Positions 37,045 to 46,580 of a stretch of 64,000 nt of DNA are shown in pieces; within the stretch, counting starts at the first letter, position 1; each line of letters begins with the position of its first letter. Position numbers and translations under genes: made by a program. The stretch spans positions 186,001 through 250,000 of IMG/VR virus record IMGVR_UViG_3300025121_000011. One strand, written 5' to 3'. The notes beneath the pieces are model-generated. The model saw only the letters and a list, made by a program, of their open reading frames with translations, was not told where the DNA came from and ran no database searches.

Positions 37045-39699
37045 ATGAATGATGTTCTGGAAAGAAGAATTAAAATGTTAGAAGAGTTAGCAACTAAAGA
37101 ATTAGGATTAGACTTCTTTCCAATTATGTGGGAAATAGTTCCTGAAGAGGTAATGTTAGAAGTGATGTGCTATGGACTACCTTCAAGAATTAGGCATTGG
37201 TCTTATGGGCAAAGTTATGAGTATCAAAAGACGCAGGGAGAAATGGGAGCATCTAAAGTTTATGAATTGGTTTTAAATAATGATCCCGCATTCGCCTTTT
37301 TGTTAGATTCTAACAGTAATATTGCAAATTCAATGGTCGCGGCACATGTTTTGGGTCATGTGCATTTCTTTAAGAATAATTATTTATTTAAACAAACCGA
37401 CCGTAAAATGGTTTATCATGCTGCTGAGCGAGCATCAAGAGTAGAGGAGTATATTACTCAATTCGGATTAGAAGAAGTAGAAAAAACCATGAATATTGCT
37501 TTAGCTATGGATAAGAATATTAATTGGAAAAGAGGAATAAATAGAACACAATATGGTGATAGGAAAAGTGTCTGGCAAAAGAGAAAGGTACAAGAGTTTG
37601 ATGATATGTTTGGACTAAATAAAAAACCCGAATTAGAGCGAGTCATTGAAAATGATATATTTCCACCAAGTCCAGAGGAGGATTTGCTGTGGTTCTTCGC
37701 TAATTATGCGCGTTTAGAGCCCTGGCAAAAAGATATTTTTGAAATTATTAGAGAAGAGTCATTTTACTTCTATCCGCAATATAATACACAAATAATAAAC
37801 GAAGGTTTTGCCTGTGTTTCCGGAGATACGCTTGTTCCAACTGAACAAGGTATTCTACAGATTAAGGATATAGTTTTAGGTGATGCATTATATGTTGATG
37901 ATAATGAAAAGAGGAGGCAGATTGTTGGAAAAAAGATAATTGGAGAGAAAGAGTGCAAAAAGATTATAACTAAACGAGGCTATGAGTTATGTGGTGCAAA
38001 TAATCATCGTGTATTATGTGATAATAAGTGGAGGCAGCTAGATGAGTTAGAAGTAGGGCAAAGAATAGATATATCTTTAAATAACGAGATTTGGTCAAAT
38101 AATTACGTACAAGTTGATTATAAACCCAAAAGAGCGAAGAAAACTTTACTAGATATATCAAGACTCGCAGGAGTTGCTCCAGTCACTATTGCTAGAAGGA
38201 GGATGGGTTTAAATGTTAAAAATCTAAATCATATAGATTCTTTAATTAAGATTTATGAGGCTGAACAAAATGATTTAACTTTATGCAGCTCATATAGCTT
38301 TGATAGGCGAAAAATATTTTTAATTCCAGATCATATTGATGAGAAATTTGGAAGGTTTTTGGGCTTATTGATTGGTGATGGACATATATCCAGAGCAAGC
38401 AGATCTTTTGGATTTACATCTGGTGATTTAGAATTAGCTGAAGAATTTAGGACCTTAATTTGTGATTTATTTGCAACAAAGTCTGTGCTCAAGAAGGATG
38501 AAAATCGATATAGAATCATCTGTCATTCAGAGGGAATATCTGATTTTTTAATAAATTATATAGGATGCAAGCAAGGAGTTTCTGCGAGAAAAAAAGATGT
38601 GCCATCGATAATTTTACAATCTCCAAAGTCCGTTATGTCATCGTTTATTAGTGGATTATTCGATGCAGATGGATGTGCTCATAAAAATGGAATTACATTC
38701 GTAACTGCTAGTAAGCAGATGGCGAAATTAATTCAAACTATTTTAGTTAATTATAATATTCTTTCTAGTAAATATTACAGACAAGATGAGACATATGCTA
38801 TTAATATATTTGGATTATCAGCAAAGAAATTTTCTGAACAAATTGGATTCGGATTAAACAGAAAACAAAATATTTTAAATGCTTTTATACAGAATAAAAA
38901 ATGGTTTAAGAAAGAAAAATCATATGATGAGATTAAACATATAGAATCGCTTACTGAAATAGTTTATGATATTTCTGTTGAAGAGTCTAATAGATATGTG
39001 GCAAATGGATTAATTAATCACAACTCATTTTTTCACGCAGAATTAATGTATTTGCTTTCGGAAAAAGAACTTAGTTCAACTGAATATTTAGAATTTGTTA
39101 AGATTCATGAGCGCGTTATTCAACCAGGAAATAATAAGTTAAATATCAATCCATATTTTTTGGGATTTACGATTTTAAATGATATTAGAGCAAAATGGGA
39201 TAAGAAGCATAAAGATGGAGAATCGGAACTTACCGGAATACAAAAAATTCTAAAAGTAGTAGAATTAGAGGATGATATTTCATTTTTAAGAAATTATCTG
39301 ACACAGGAAATTGTTGATAAACTTAAAATGTTCGTCTATATTGAAGAATTTGATCACGCAAAAAATAAATTTATCGAAATTAAAAGTACCCGAGTAGAGG
39401 ACGTAGTAGAATATATAGCGAAGGATATTTACAACTATAGGGCCCCAATTATTTCTATTAATGCAGCCACTCCAACTGGAATTGAATTAGTACATCAAAG
39501 TAGAGAAGTTGGAACACTAGACCCAAAGCATTTAGAAAAGGTAATGGGATACATATATGAAATATGGCCAGGAATTGTAGATTTGGAAACGATAGATAAT
39601 CATGGTGAAATAATTAATTTTACTTTTGATGAATTTGGAATGAGTTTCCAAGACGATGAAAAAACGGGAAAACATCGTATAACTTTTAAAAAGAAATAA
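37045..39699 (+). CDS. spoVR: SpoVR/YcgB family protein, intein-containing
   Basis: GLPSRIRHWSYG, YELVLN, AHVLGHVHFFKNN, EDLLWF, IIREESFYFYPQ, INEGFA|SFFH, NPYFLG, DISFLRNYLT. Confidence 0.92.
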   Translation: MNDVLERRIKMLEELATKELGLDFFPIMWEIVPEEVMLEVMCYGLPSRIRHWSYGQSYEYQKTQGEMGASKVYELVLNNDPAFAFLLDSNSNIANSMVAAHVLGHVHFFKNNYLFKQTDRKMVYHAAERASRVEEYITQFGLEEVEKTMNIALAMDKNINWKRGINRTQYGDRKSVWQKRKVQEFDDMFGLNKKPELERVIENDIFPPSPEEDLLWFFANYARLEPWQKDIFEIIREESFYFYPQYNTQIINEGFACVSGDTLVPTEQGILQIKDIVLGDALYVDDNEKRRQIVGKKIIGEKECKKIITKRGYELCGANNHRVLCDNKWRQLDELEVGQRIDISLNNEIWSNNYVQVDYKPKRAKKTLLDISRLAGVAPVTIARRRMGLNVKNLNHIDSLIKIYEAEQNDLTLCSSYSFDRRKIFLIPDHIDEKFGRFLGLLIGDGHISRASRSFGFTSGDLELAEEFRTLICDLFATKSVLKKDENRYRIICHSEGISDFLINYIGCKQGVSARKKDVPSIILQSPKSVMSSFISGLFDADGCAHKNGITFVTASKQMAKLIQTILVNYNILSSKYYRQDETYAINIFGLSAKKFSEQIGFGLNRKQNILNAFIQNKKWFKKEKSYDEIKHIESLTEIVYDISVEESNRYVANGLINHNSFFHAELMYLLSEKELSSTEYLEFVKIHERVIQPGNNKLNINPYFLGFTILNDIRAKWDKKHKDGESELTGIQKILKVVELEDDISFLRNYLTQEIVDKLKMFVYIEEFDHAKNKFIEIKSTRVEDVVEYIAKDIYNYRAPIISINAATPTGIELVHQSREVGTLDPKHLEKVMGYIYEIWPGIVDLETIDNHGEIINFTFDEFGMSFQDDEKTGKHRITFKKK
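37813..39024 (+). mobile_element. Intein (404 aa) with LAGLIDADG endonuclease in spoVR
   Basis: Begins CVSGDT, ends VYDISVEESNRYVANGLINHN followed by Ser; FLGLLIGDG and FISGLFDADG motifs. Confidence 0.92.
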
Positions 39700-39709
39700 G
39701 GGAGTTGCG

Positions 39710-40264
39710 ATGAATACTGAAGTTACAGAAGGACAAGTATCTGTTAAAAAAGAGCCGTACATCGATTATTCTTTTCAATTTAATTTAGCAAGAGAAAGAA
39801 CGGAAAAGAAAATTTTTAGTTATATGTGCGATCTTGCTAAGAAGTTATTAGAAACCAAAAGAAAATTAGGGCTCTTAGTTGTTTTAGGGACATTCGATAG
39901 GTATTCGGATTATTCTGTTCCTGGTATGCGTCAATTGGGAAAGAATACTATTCAGAAGTATATAAATGTTGCTTTTGGTCAATTCGAAACAGATATAGAG
40001 AAAATATTCGAATCAAAAGAAGACGGAGCTATTATTATAAATCATAATGGTCAGATTTTGGGCACCGGAATTTATCTTACAGTAGATCACCCCTCTTTGG
40101 AGATACCAGAGGGCGCCGGAACAAGACATATTTCTGCTGCTTCTTTTTCTACTAGAGATGATGTAATATCTACATTTACTCTCTCAGAAGAGACCCTGAC
40201 TGTTCGATTATGGAAAGATGGAGCCTTTACGGAACAATATGGGCCAGAAGAAGATGCAGTCTGA
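39710..40264 (+). CDS. Stand-alone diadenylate cyclase (DisA_N/DAC domain)
   Basis: EDGAIII (DGA), GAGTRHISAA (RHR-like), TLSEE; no DisA linker/HhH domain and no transmembrane segment. Confidence 0.8.
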   Translation: MNTEVTEGQVSVKKEPYIDYSFQFNLARERTEKKIFSYMCDLAKKLLETKRKLGLLVVLGTFDRYSDYSVPGMRQLGKNTIQKYINVAFGQFETDIEKIFESKEDGAIIINHNGQILGTGIYLTVDHPSLEIPEGAGTRHISAASFSTRDDVISTFTLSEETLTVRLWKDGAFTEQYGPEEDAV

Positions 40265-40800
40265 TGTCCTTGCTTAGTAATGAAGAAATTCATAAGATTT
40301 TCTTAGATAATCAAGACTCTTTTAATAATCATTGGAGGCAAGATTTATTTATAAATCTCTGTCCTTTGGTTATTAGTAGAATAAAAAAATTTAAAACTTT
40401 TTCTTATGTTCAAGATCTAGAGCAAGAGTTCAAATTAGCTTTATGGTCTGCAATTAAAAGTTTTGACCACCATAAACATTTTGACTTTTACCGTTGGGTG
40501 AATTGGTACTTTGCCAATTCCAGTAGAAATTTTCAAAAAAATTATAATAAGATTAACTCTATTAATCTTGATGGTAATGATATAAAAATGCCAGATGATT
40601 TATTATTCGCAGAAGAGATGTTGAATTGTCAACAGCTTTCGTTAAGAGAAAAGTATATCATCCAAAAAATATTTTTTGAAGACCAATCATTAGAAGTAAT
40701 TAGTAAAGAATTAAATCTCTCAATAGAGAGAGTATGGATACTTAAAAATAAAGCAATTAAAAAAATGAAAAATATGGAGTATGATTATAATGAATGTTAA
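40264..40800 (+). CDS. RNA polymerase sigma factor (sigma70 family, regions 2 and 4 only)
   Basis: DLEQEFKLALWSAIKSFD...FYRW; LSLREKYII...SLEVISKELNLSIERV..LKNKAIKKMK; ATG 40264 overlaps the DAC stop (TGATG). Confidence 0.8.
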   Translation: MSLLSNEEIHKIFLDNQDSFNNHWRQDLFINLCPLVISRIKKFKTFSYVQDLEQEFKLALWSAIKSFDHHKHFDFYRWVNWYFANSSRNFQKNYNKINSINLDGNDIKMPDDLLFAEEMLNCQQLSLREKYIIQKIFFEDQSLEVISKELNLSIERVWILKNKAIKKMKNMEYDYNEC

Positions 40801-43546
40801 TGGAAGTATTCTGAGTGATATTATTATGCATAATAAATATGCTAGATGGAATGAGAATTTACTCAGAAGAGAGACTTACTCAGAATGTGTTGATAGAAAT
40901 AAACTGATGCATTTAGAAAAATTTCCAGAGCTTAAAGATGAAATAGAGGCGGCGTATACCTTTGTGTATGATAAAGTTGTGTTGCCATCTATGAGAAGCA
41001 TGCAATTTGCTGGTAAGCCTATTAAGATAGCCCCAAATCGTATGTTTAATTGTTTTGCGAAAGAGACAAAATTTGTTACATCTAAAGGGACTAAATCTTT
41101 TGAAGAATTTTCTGATGGTGATCATGTAGAAGTTGTAACGCATACAGGTACATTTAAACAAGCAGTTGTTAGATCTTATGGAGAACAAGAACTGTTTGAA
41201 ACAATTTTAATCAGAGGTCGTAATTCTCAAACGGTATATGCTACAAAAGATCATAGATGGATTAAATATGATGGAGAGCAAACAACTAGATTACAAAAAA
41301 AGGATGTTTTATATCCAACTCCAAAGCTTGAGTTATTTAATTATGCTACTTCAGAACCATTAGAAAAGTTATATTGGTGTTATGGCTATGCCTATGGGAA
41401 TGGCACCATTATAGAAAATGAAACTTCTCAACATTATATTGTTAATTTGCATAGTGTAAATTCTAAGAAATACGCCTCTCGATTTCAAGAAATGGGATTT
41501 GAAACAAGTAATCTTAAGTCACATAATGATTTTTTAGCTTGCATTGGAAATTATCATAAGCTTATATCAAATATAGATGCCAATTCTAAAGACTTAATAA
41601 AAGCATTTTTTACCGGATATTTAAATTCATCTGGAATTAGAAATACAGATTTTAATAACAATGATTCTGTGTCTAAATATAAACAAATTTCAACCACTGA
41701 TTTGGAGCATGCGCAGTTTATAGAAAAGTGTGCAGAAATTTCTGGATATTTTATATTATCTAAGAAAAAAATCATTAAGAATAAAATTATAACTTATCGT
41801 TATACTTTAACAAATAATATTGGAAGCAGTATATCGACAGCTTATTCTGTAAAAAATATTAAAAAAACTGATAGAAAAGAAGAAGTATGGTGTTTAGAGG
41901 TTGAAGAAGATCATAGTTTTATATTGTCTGGTGGAATAGTTACTGGAAATTGCGTTTTTGCTCCAGTTGATGATTATCGTATTTTTGGTGAGGTTATGTT
42001 TTTGCTTCTTGGAGGAAGTGGAGTCGGTTATAGTGTTCAAAATCATCATATAGATAATCTTCCTGAAATTAGAAAGCCTATTAAAACCAGAAGATATTTA
42101 GTAGGTGACTCCATTGAGGGGTGGGCTGAGTCGGTTAAACTTCTCATTAAATCATATTTTCTTAATAGCTCTAAACCTGATTTTGATTTTTCTGATATTA
42201 GATCAAAGGGTGCAAGGTTGATTACATCAGGTGGTAAGGCTCCAGGTCCAGCTCCATTGCAAAAGTGTTTATTTTTAATTGAGCAATTATTAAATTCCAA
42301 AACAGATGGCGATAAGCTTAAGCCAATAGATGCTCATGATATAATGTGTTATATAGCTGACGCTGTGCTCGCCGGAGGGATTAGGCGATCTGCAATGATT
42401 GCGTTATTCTCTATCGATGATATAGAAATGTTAACTTGTAAATCCGGAAATTGGTTTGAAAAGCATCCTCATCGTGGAAGAGCAAACAACTCTGCTGTAG
42501 TTTTACGTTCTAGAGTTACAAAAGAATCTTTTGGAAAACTATTTGAATTCATGAAAGAAAACAAAACTGGAGAGCCTGCTATATTTTTAACAAATGATAA
42601 AGACATGGGTCTTAATCCATGTGGAGAGGCTTCGCTTAGAGCATTTTCTGGTTGTAATTTAACAGAGATAAATGCTTCTTTAATTAACTCTCAAGAGGAA
42701 TTAAATGCTGCGGCAAAAGCGGCTTCATTTATAGGAACTCTTCAAGCTTCTTATACGAGATTTCATTATTTACGTCCAATTTGGGAACGAGGATTTAAAA
42801 AAGATTCTTTAATTGGAGTAGGTATTACTGGTTTAGCAAATGAAAATTTCTTAAAATTAGATTTAACTAATGCTGCTAAAATTGTAGTAAATGAAAATAA
42901 AAAGATATCAGAAACAATAGGAATTAAACAAGCTGCTCGAACAACTTTAGTTAAGCCTAGTGGGACGACAGCTCTTTTACTTGGAACAAGTTCTGGTATA
43001 CATGATTGGTATGCAAAATATTATATACGTCGTATTAAGTTATTAAAAAATGAAGAGATATATCATTATCTTGCTAGAGAATTACCGGAACTAATGGAAG
43101 ATGATTGGGAGAAGCCACACATACAAGCCATATTATCTATTCCTATGAAAGCACCAGAAGGCGCCATTTTAAGAGAAGATACAACACCAATCGCTCTTTT
43201 GGAAAGAGTTAAAGATGTTTATAAGCGTTGGATATTTCCTGGACATATTACTGGTAGCAATACTCATGCAATTAGCTGCACCGTTAATGTTAAAGATAAT
43301 GAATGGGATGAAGTAGAAAATTGGATGTGGACTAATAAAGATAGTTATAACTGCATTTCTGTTTTTCCACATTTTGGTGGTTCATATAAACAACTTCCAT
43401 TTGAAGAAATTACTGAAGAATGCTACTACAAAATGAGTACTAATATACACAGGATTGATTTAACAAAGATATTGGAAATGGCAGACGATACAAATCTTAC
43501 CGGAGAAGCAGCATGTGCTGGTGGTGCATGTGAACTAACATTTTAA
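40781..43546 (+). CDS. nrdJ: Class II (adenosylcobalamin-dependent) ribonucleotide reductase, intein-containing
   Basis: PSMRSMQFAG, RMFN|C, LLGGSGVGYSV, DSIEGWA, SGGKAPGP, AGGIRRSA, NPCGE, VKPSGT, C-terminal ACAGGAC. Confidence 0.9.
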   Translation: MIIMNVNGSILSDIIMHNKYARWNENLLRRETYSECVDRNKLMHLEKFPELKDEIEAAYTFVYDKVVLPSMRSMQFAGKPIKIAPNRMFNCFAKETKFVTSKGTKSFEEFSDGDHVEVVTHTGTFKQAVVRSYGEQELFETILIRGRNSQTVYATKDHRWIKYDGEQTTRLQKKDVLYPTPKLELFNYATSEPLEKLYWCYGYAYGNGTIIENETSQHYIVNLHSVNSKKYASRFQEMGFETSNLKSHNDFLACIGNYHKLISNIDANSKDLIKAFFTGYLNSSGIRNTDFNNNDSVSKYKQISTTDLEHAQFIEKCAEISGYFILSKKKIIKNKIITYRYTLTNNIGSSISTAYSVKNIKKTDRKEEVWCLEVEEDHSFILSGGIVTGNCVFAPVDDYRIFGEVMFLLLGGSGVGYSVQNHHIDNLPEIRKPIKTRRYLVGDSIEGWAESVKLLIKSYFLNSSKPDFDFSDIRSKGARLITSGGKAPGPAPLQKCLFLIEQLLNSKTDGDKLKPIDAHDIMCYIADAVLAGGIRRSAMIALFSIDDIEMLTCKSGNWFEKHPHRGRANNSAVVLRSRVTKESFGKLFEFMKENKTGEPAIFLTNDKDMGLNPCGEASLRAFSGCNLTEINASLINSQEELNAAAKAASFIGTLQASYTRFHYLRPIWERGFKKDSLIGVGITGLANENFLKLDLTNAAKIVVNENKKISETIGIKQAARTTLVKPSGTTALLLGTSSGIHDWYAKYYIRRIKLLKNEEIYHYLARELPELMEDDWEKPHIQAILSIPMKAPEGAILREDTTPIALLERVKDVYKRWIFPGHITGSNTHAISCTVNVKDNEWDEVENWMWTNKDSYNCISVFPHFGGSYKQLPFEEITEECYYKMSTNIHRIDLTKILEMADDTNLTGEAACAGGACELTF
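41051..41950 (+). mobile_element. Intein (300 aa) in nrdJ with an apparently degenerate endonuclease
   Basis: Begins CFAKET, ends VWCLEVEEDHSFILSGGIVTGN followed by Cys; LAGLIDADG-position blocks read YGYAYGNG and FTGYLNSSG (acidic residues absent). Confidence 0.88.
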
Positions 43547-43887
43547 TGATTACAATACGCTCAAACAAAACTAATTATTTAGAAAAAATAGAAAAGGCCA
43601 AAATAGATTGGATTAATCTATTGTTAGATTATGTTGGTGTTGATTTAGATGTATTACATTCATATGATTTACCTCGACAAGTAGAGGCTTTGTTGGAGCA
43701 ATATAAAATAGAAATTATAACCAAACCGGGCATTGGAGCTTTACGTATTATAATGGAGGGAGAGGTAATTGGTACGTGGGGAAGCCCAAGTTTTTTGTTG
43801 AAAACAAATCTAGAAGCAGGCTATAAATATTATGAAATCACAGTAGAGACCTGGACTTTAATGGATGAAGAAATTGCAATGAATTAG
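43546..43887 (+). CDS. Hypothetical protein
   Basis: 113-aa coupled ORF. Confidence 0.55.
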   Translation: MITIRSNKTNYLEKIEKAKIDWINLLLDYVGVDLDVLHSYDLPRQVEALLEQYKIEIITKPGIGALRIIMEGEVIGTWGSPSFLLKTNLEAGYKYYEITVETWTLMDEEIAMN

Positions 43888-43941
43888 TTTAGTCAAAGTA
43901 CACAAAACATAAAGCAACGGAACATTCCAGGAGATTCACTT

Positions 43942-45264
43942 ATGAGCATTAACTCATTACTTGAAAGAAAAATTTTAGTTTTAGATACATCATCATTAAT
44001 TGCGTTCCCTGAAATATTAGACACCATTATGGATTCTACTGTTTTAATTCCTTTGGAAGTTTTAGAAGAGCTTGATAATATAAAGACTTATAAAGATCAA
44101 GCAGGAATGATGGCACGACAGGTAAATCGCAAACTTGACTCAATGAGACAGTTTGGATGTTTATTCAATGGTATAGATAATCAAGCCAATTCTAAGGTTT
44201 ACGTAGTTTCTAATTCTTCAATGGCGTGTCTGCCAAGTAGTTTGGCAGACACAGTTGATAATAAAATAATTTCTATAGCCAAACAAGCCAAAAGTATTTT
44301 TGACGATGTCACCCTGATTAGTGAAGATATTGCTCTAAGAGTTAAATGTGATTCTTTAAATATTGCATGTCATGGCGCGAAAGTATTTGCCAAATCTGTA
44401 AAAGATGATTCATATTTAGGGTTTCAACATCTTGATATTTCTCAAGAAATCATGGATATGTTTTACCAAGAAGGAGAAATTGTACCAAAAGAATTCGGTA
44501 TTACTGAGTCTTATTATCCAAATGAGTTCTTAATTTTAAAATCTGGACAAAGTAGCGCTCTAGCTAGAGTACGACATGATGGACTATGGAGGAAATTAGA
44601 CTTTGTTGGAAATGCTAAGAAAATTAAAGTAAGCAATATTTCTCCAAGAAACAAAGAACAAACATTAGCCTTGGAATTGCTTTTGGATCCAGCTGTTGCA
44701 ATGGTTACGCTTACAGGTATGGCTGGCAGTGGTAAGACTATTATGGCGATTTCAGCGGCTCTTCAAGAATTACAAGCAAAGAATTATAGTAAAATTGTAA
44801 TTTCTCGACCTGCGGAAAGCACTTCAAAAGAAATAGGATTTTTACCAGGATCTTTAGAAGATAAGATGATGCCATGGATGCAGCCGATTATGGATAATTT
44901 AAAAATATTATTAGGAAAAAATGGTTCCAACTATATATCTATGATGTTTGAACATGGAGAAATTGAGGTAGAATCTTTATCATATATTCGAGGAAGAAGC
45001 TTTCAAGATACATATCTTATTATAGATGAAGCGCAAAATATCAGTGCAAGTGAAGCCAAAGCTTTGATTACAAGAATGGGCAATAAATCCAAGATTGTTT
45101 TAATAGGAGACTTAGAACAGATAGATTCCTGTAGGGTGACTCAAAAAACGTCTGGTCTCGGAATTGTAGTAGAAAAGTTTAAAGATTTTGAAGCTTCTGG
45201 ACATATTACACTCTTAAAAGGTGAAAGAAGTAAGCTCGCTACATATGCTGCAAAGATAATGTAA
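43942..45264 (+). CDS. phoH: PIN domain-PhoH family ATPase (PhoH2/YlaK-like)
   Basis: VLDTSSL PIN motif, VLEELD, ISEDIALRVK; PRNKEQ, GMAGSGKT, IGFLPG, YIRGRS, IDEAQN, GDLEQID. Confidence 0.9.
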   Translation: MSINSLLERKILVLDTSSLIAFPEILDTIMDSTVLIPLEVLEELDNIKTYKDQAGMMARQVNRKLDSMRQFGCLFNGIDNQANSKVYVVSNSSMACLPSSLADTVDNKIISIAKQAKSIFDDVTLISEDIALRVKCDSLNIACHGAKVFAKSVKDDSYLGFQHLDISQEIMDMFYQEGEIVPKEFGITESYYPNEFLILKSGQSSALARVRHDGLWRKLDFVGNAKKIKVSNISPRNKEQTLALELLLDPAVAMVTLTGMAGSGKTIMAISAALQELQAKNYSKIVISRPAESTSKEIGFLPGSLEDKMMPWMQPIMDNLKILLGKNGSNYISMMFEHGEIEVESLSYIRGRSFQDTYLIIDEAQNISASEAKALITRMGNKSKIVLIGDLEQIDSCRVTQKTSGLGIVVEKFKDFEASGHITLLKGERSKLATYAAKIM

Positions 45265-45266
45265 CT

Positions 45267-45273
45267 TACTAAT
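45267..45273 (+). promoter_or_regulatory. TAYTAAT element (putative late promoter)
   Basis: TACTAAT 26 nt upstream of ATG 45300. Confidence 0.45.
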
Positions 45274-45299
45274 TTATTATATCTCAGTGAGAGGTAATA

Positions 45300-46118
45300 A
45301 TGGATAAACTTGCTGACTTATGTGAATATTTAAAAGAACATAAATATTATGAAGAAGCAGAATTCTTATTAAAATATATTAAGAAAGCAGGTTTATCTTT
45401 TGATATTATTAAAGAAGCAAAAAAATATCAGATTAAAAGTGGAGACACACCTTACACTTTATCCAAGGGAAATTATCAATATCAAAAAGCAATAGAAAAT
45501 GCTAATAAACAGATTAAAGATTGGTCAAAAATTCAAATAGATCAAGTAATTGAATTGCCTCCGATTGCTAAATCAGAAAATCCAAATAATGATGTAGTAT
45601 ATACTATTAAAGCAATAGCTTTAATTAAAAAAGTAGAAACAGAAGTTTTGTATACTTATCCAGACTTTGGATATAGAGCTTATGGATATGGTCACAGATA
45701 TGGTAAAATGGATGCTGGAGAAATAACTAGGTACAAACAAACTTTAACTAAACGAAATAAAATAGGTACTTCTGGATTTTTGACTGCTCGGGAATGTAAG
45801 TTTATTTTTGGAAAGAATTTTAAACAAATAGACTCTGGAACGGCAAATAAACTATTGCTTCAAGATATAAATATAGCATTGGGATGCATCAAGCGAAACA
45901 TAAAACATAAGCTTAACCAAAATCAAGTGGATGCATTAATTAGTATTATTTATAATACAGGTTGTGGAACTTTTGCTCAGTCTTCTTTATTAGATACTAT
46001 TAATGCGGGAAAATTAAACACAGCTGCTAAACTAATTCCTACAAGTTTTATTTTATCTGAAACTCATAAAGAAAGAAGAAAGTTTGAAGCAGAGTTATTT
46101 AGAACGGAACTTATATGA
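45300..46118 (+). CDS. LysM domain plus GH24 (T4-type) lysozyme with the shared leader motif
   Basis: YQIKSGDTPYTL...IQIDQVIELP (LysM); KVE...YPD...YGYGH, LNQNQVDALISIIYNTG, RRKFEAELF. Confidence 0.75.
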   Translation: MDKLADLCEYLKEHKYYEEAEFLLKYIKKAGLSFDIIKEAKKYQIKSGDTPYTLSKGNYQYQKAIENANKQIKDWSKIQIDQVIELPPIAKSENPNNDVVYTIKAIALIKKVETEVLYTYPDFGYRAYGYGHRYGKMDAGEITRYKQTLTKRNKIGTSGFLTARECKFIFGKNFKQIDSGTANKLLLQDINIALGCIKRNIKHKLNQNQVDALISIIYNTGCGTFAQSSLLDTINAGKLNTAAKLIPTSFILSETHKERRKFEAELFRTELI

Positions 46119-46309
46119 AAATAATACTCAATTCTGATAGTTATATGATAGTAGAAAAAGATGAGGATGTTGTTATCCTTGGTATTAAAACTAAGCAAGG
46201 AAAGGAAAGTTATACTATAACTGCAACTTTACAAAAAGATCATCTTGATTTATTAATTACACAACTAGTATCTATGCGCGCAAGGATAAGTTATGTCGAA
46301 CAAGAATGA
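46115..46309 (+). CDS. Hypothetical protein
   Basis: 64-aa coupled ORF. Confidence 0.5.
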   Translation: MKIILNSDSYMIVEKDEDVVILGIKTKQGKESYTITATLQKDHLDLLITQLVSMRARISYVEQE

Positions 46310-46580
46310 CGAAATTAAAATAGATACTTCGGCTTTTAATATTCTAGATGATATTAAGAAAAAAGAAGCATCTGGAGAAGAAATAGATGAATACACTAAA
46401 GAGGCACTTAAAACTATAGAATTTGCTAGCGCATTAATGGATTCAATTCTATCGGGTAGACATATAGATTTAGCCTTTTATAAAGCTTATACTAGAAATG
46501 CTATTACAAATATACGTCGAATAGATAAACGTAATGGTATAAAAAGAGTTATTAAAACAAGAATAGAAAATGAAGATTAA
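46293..46580 (+). CDS. Hypothetical protein
   Basis: 95-aa coupled ORF. Confidence 0.5.
   Translation: MSNKNDEIKIDTSAFNILDDIKKKEASGEEIDEYTKEALKTIEFASALMDSILSGRHIDLAFYKAYTRNAITNIRRIDKRNGIKRVIKTRIENED

Noticed and set aside
39710-40264. Calling the DAC gene disA
   Set aside because: It lacks the DisA linker and DNA-binding HhH domain; only the cyclase domain is present
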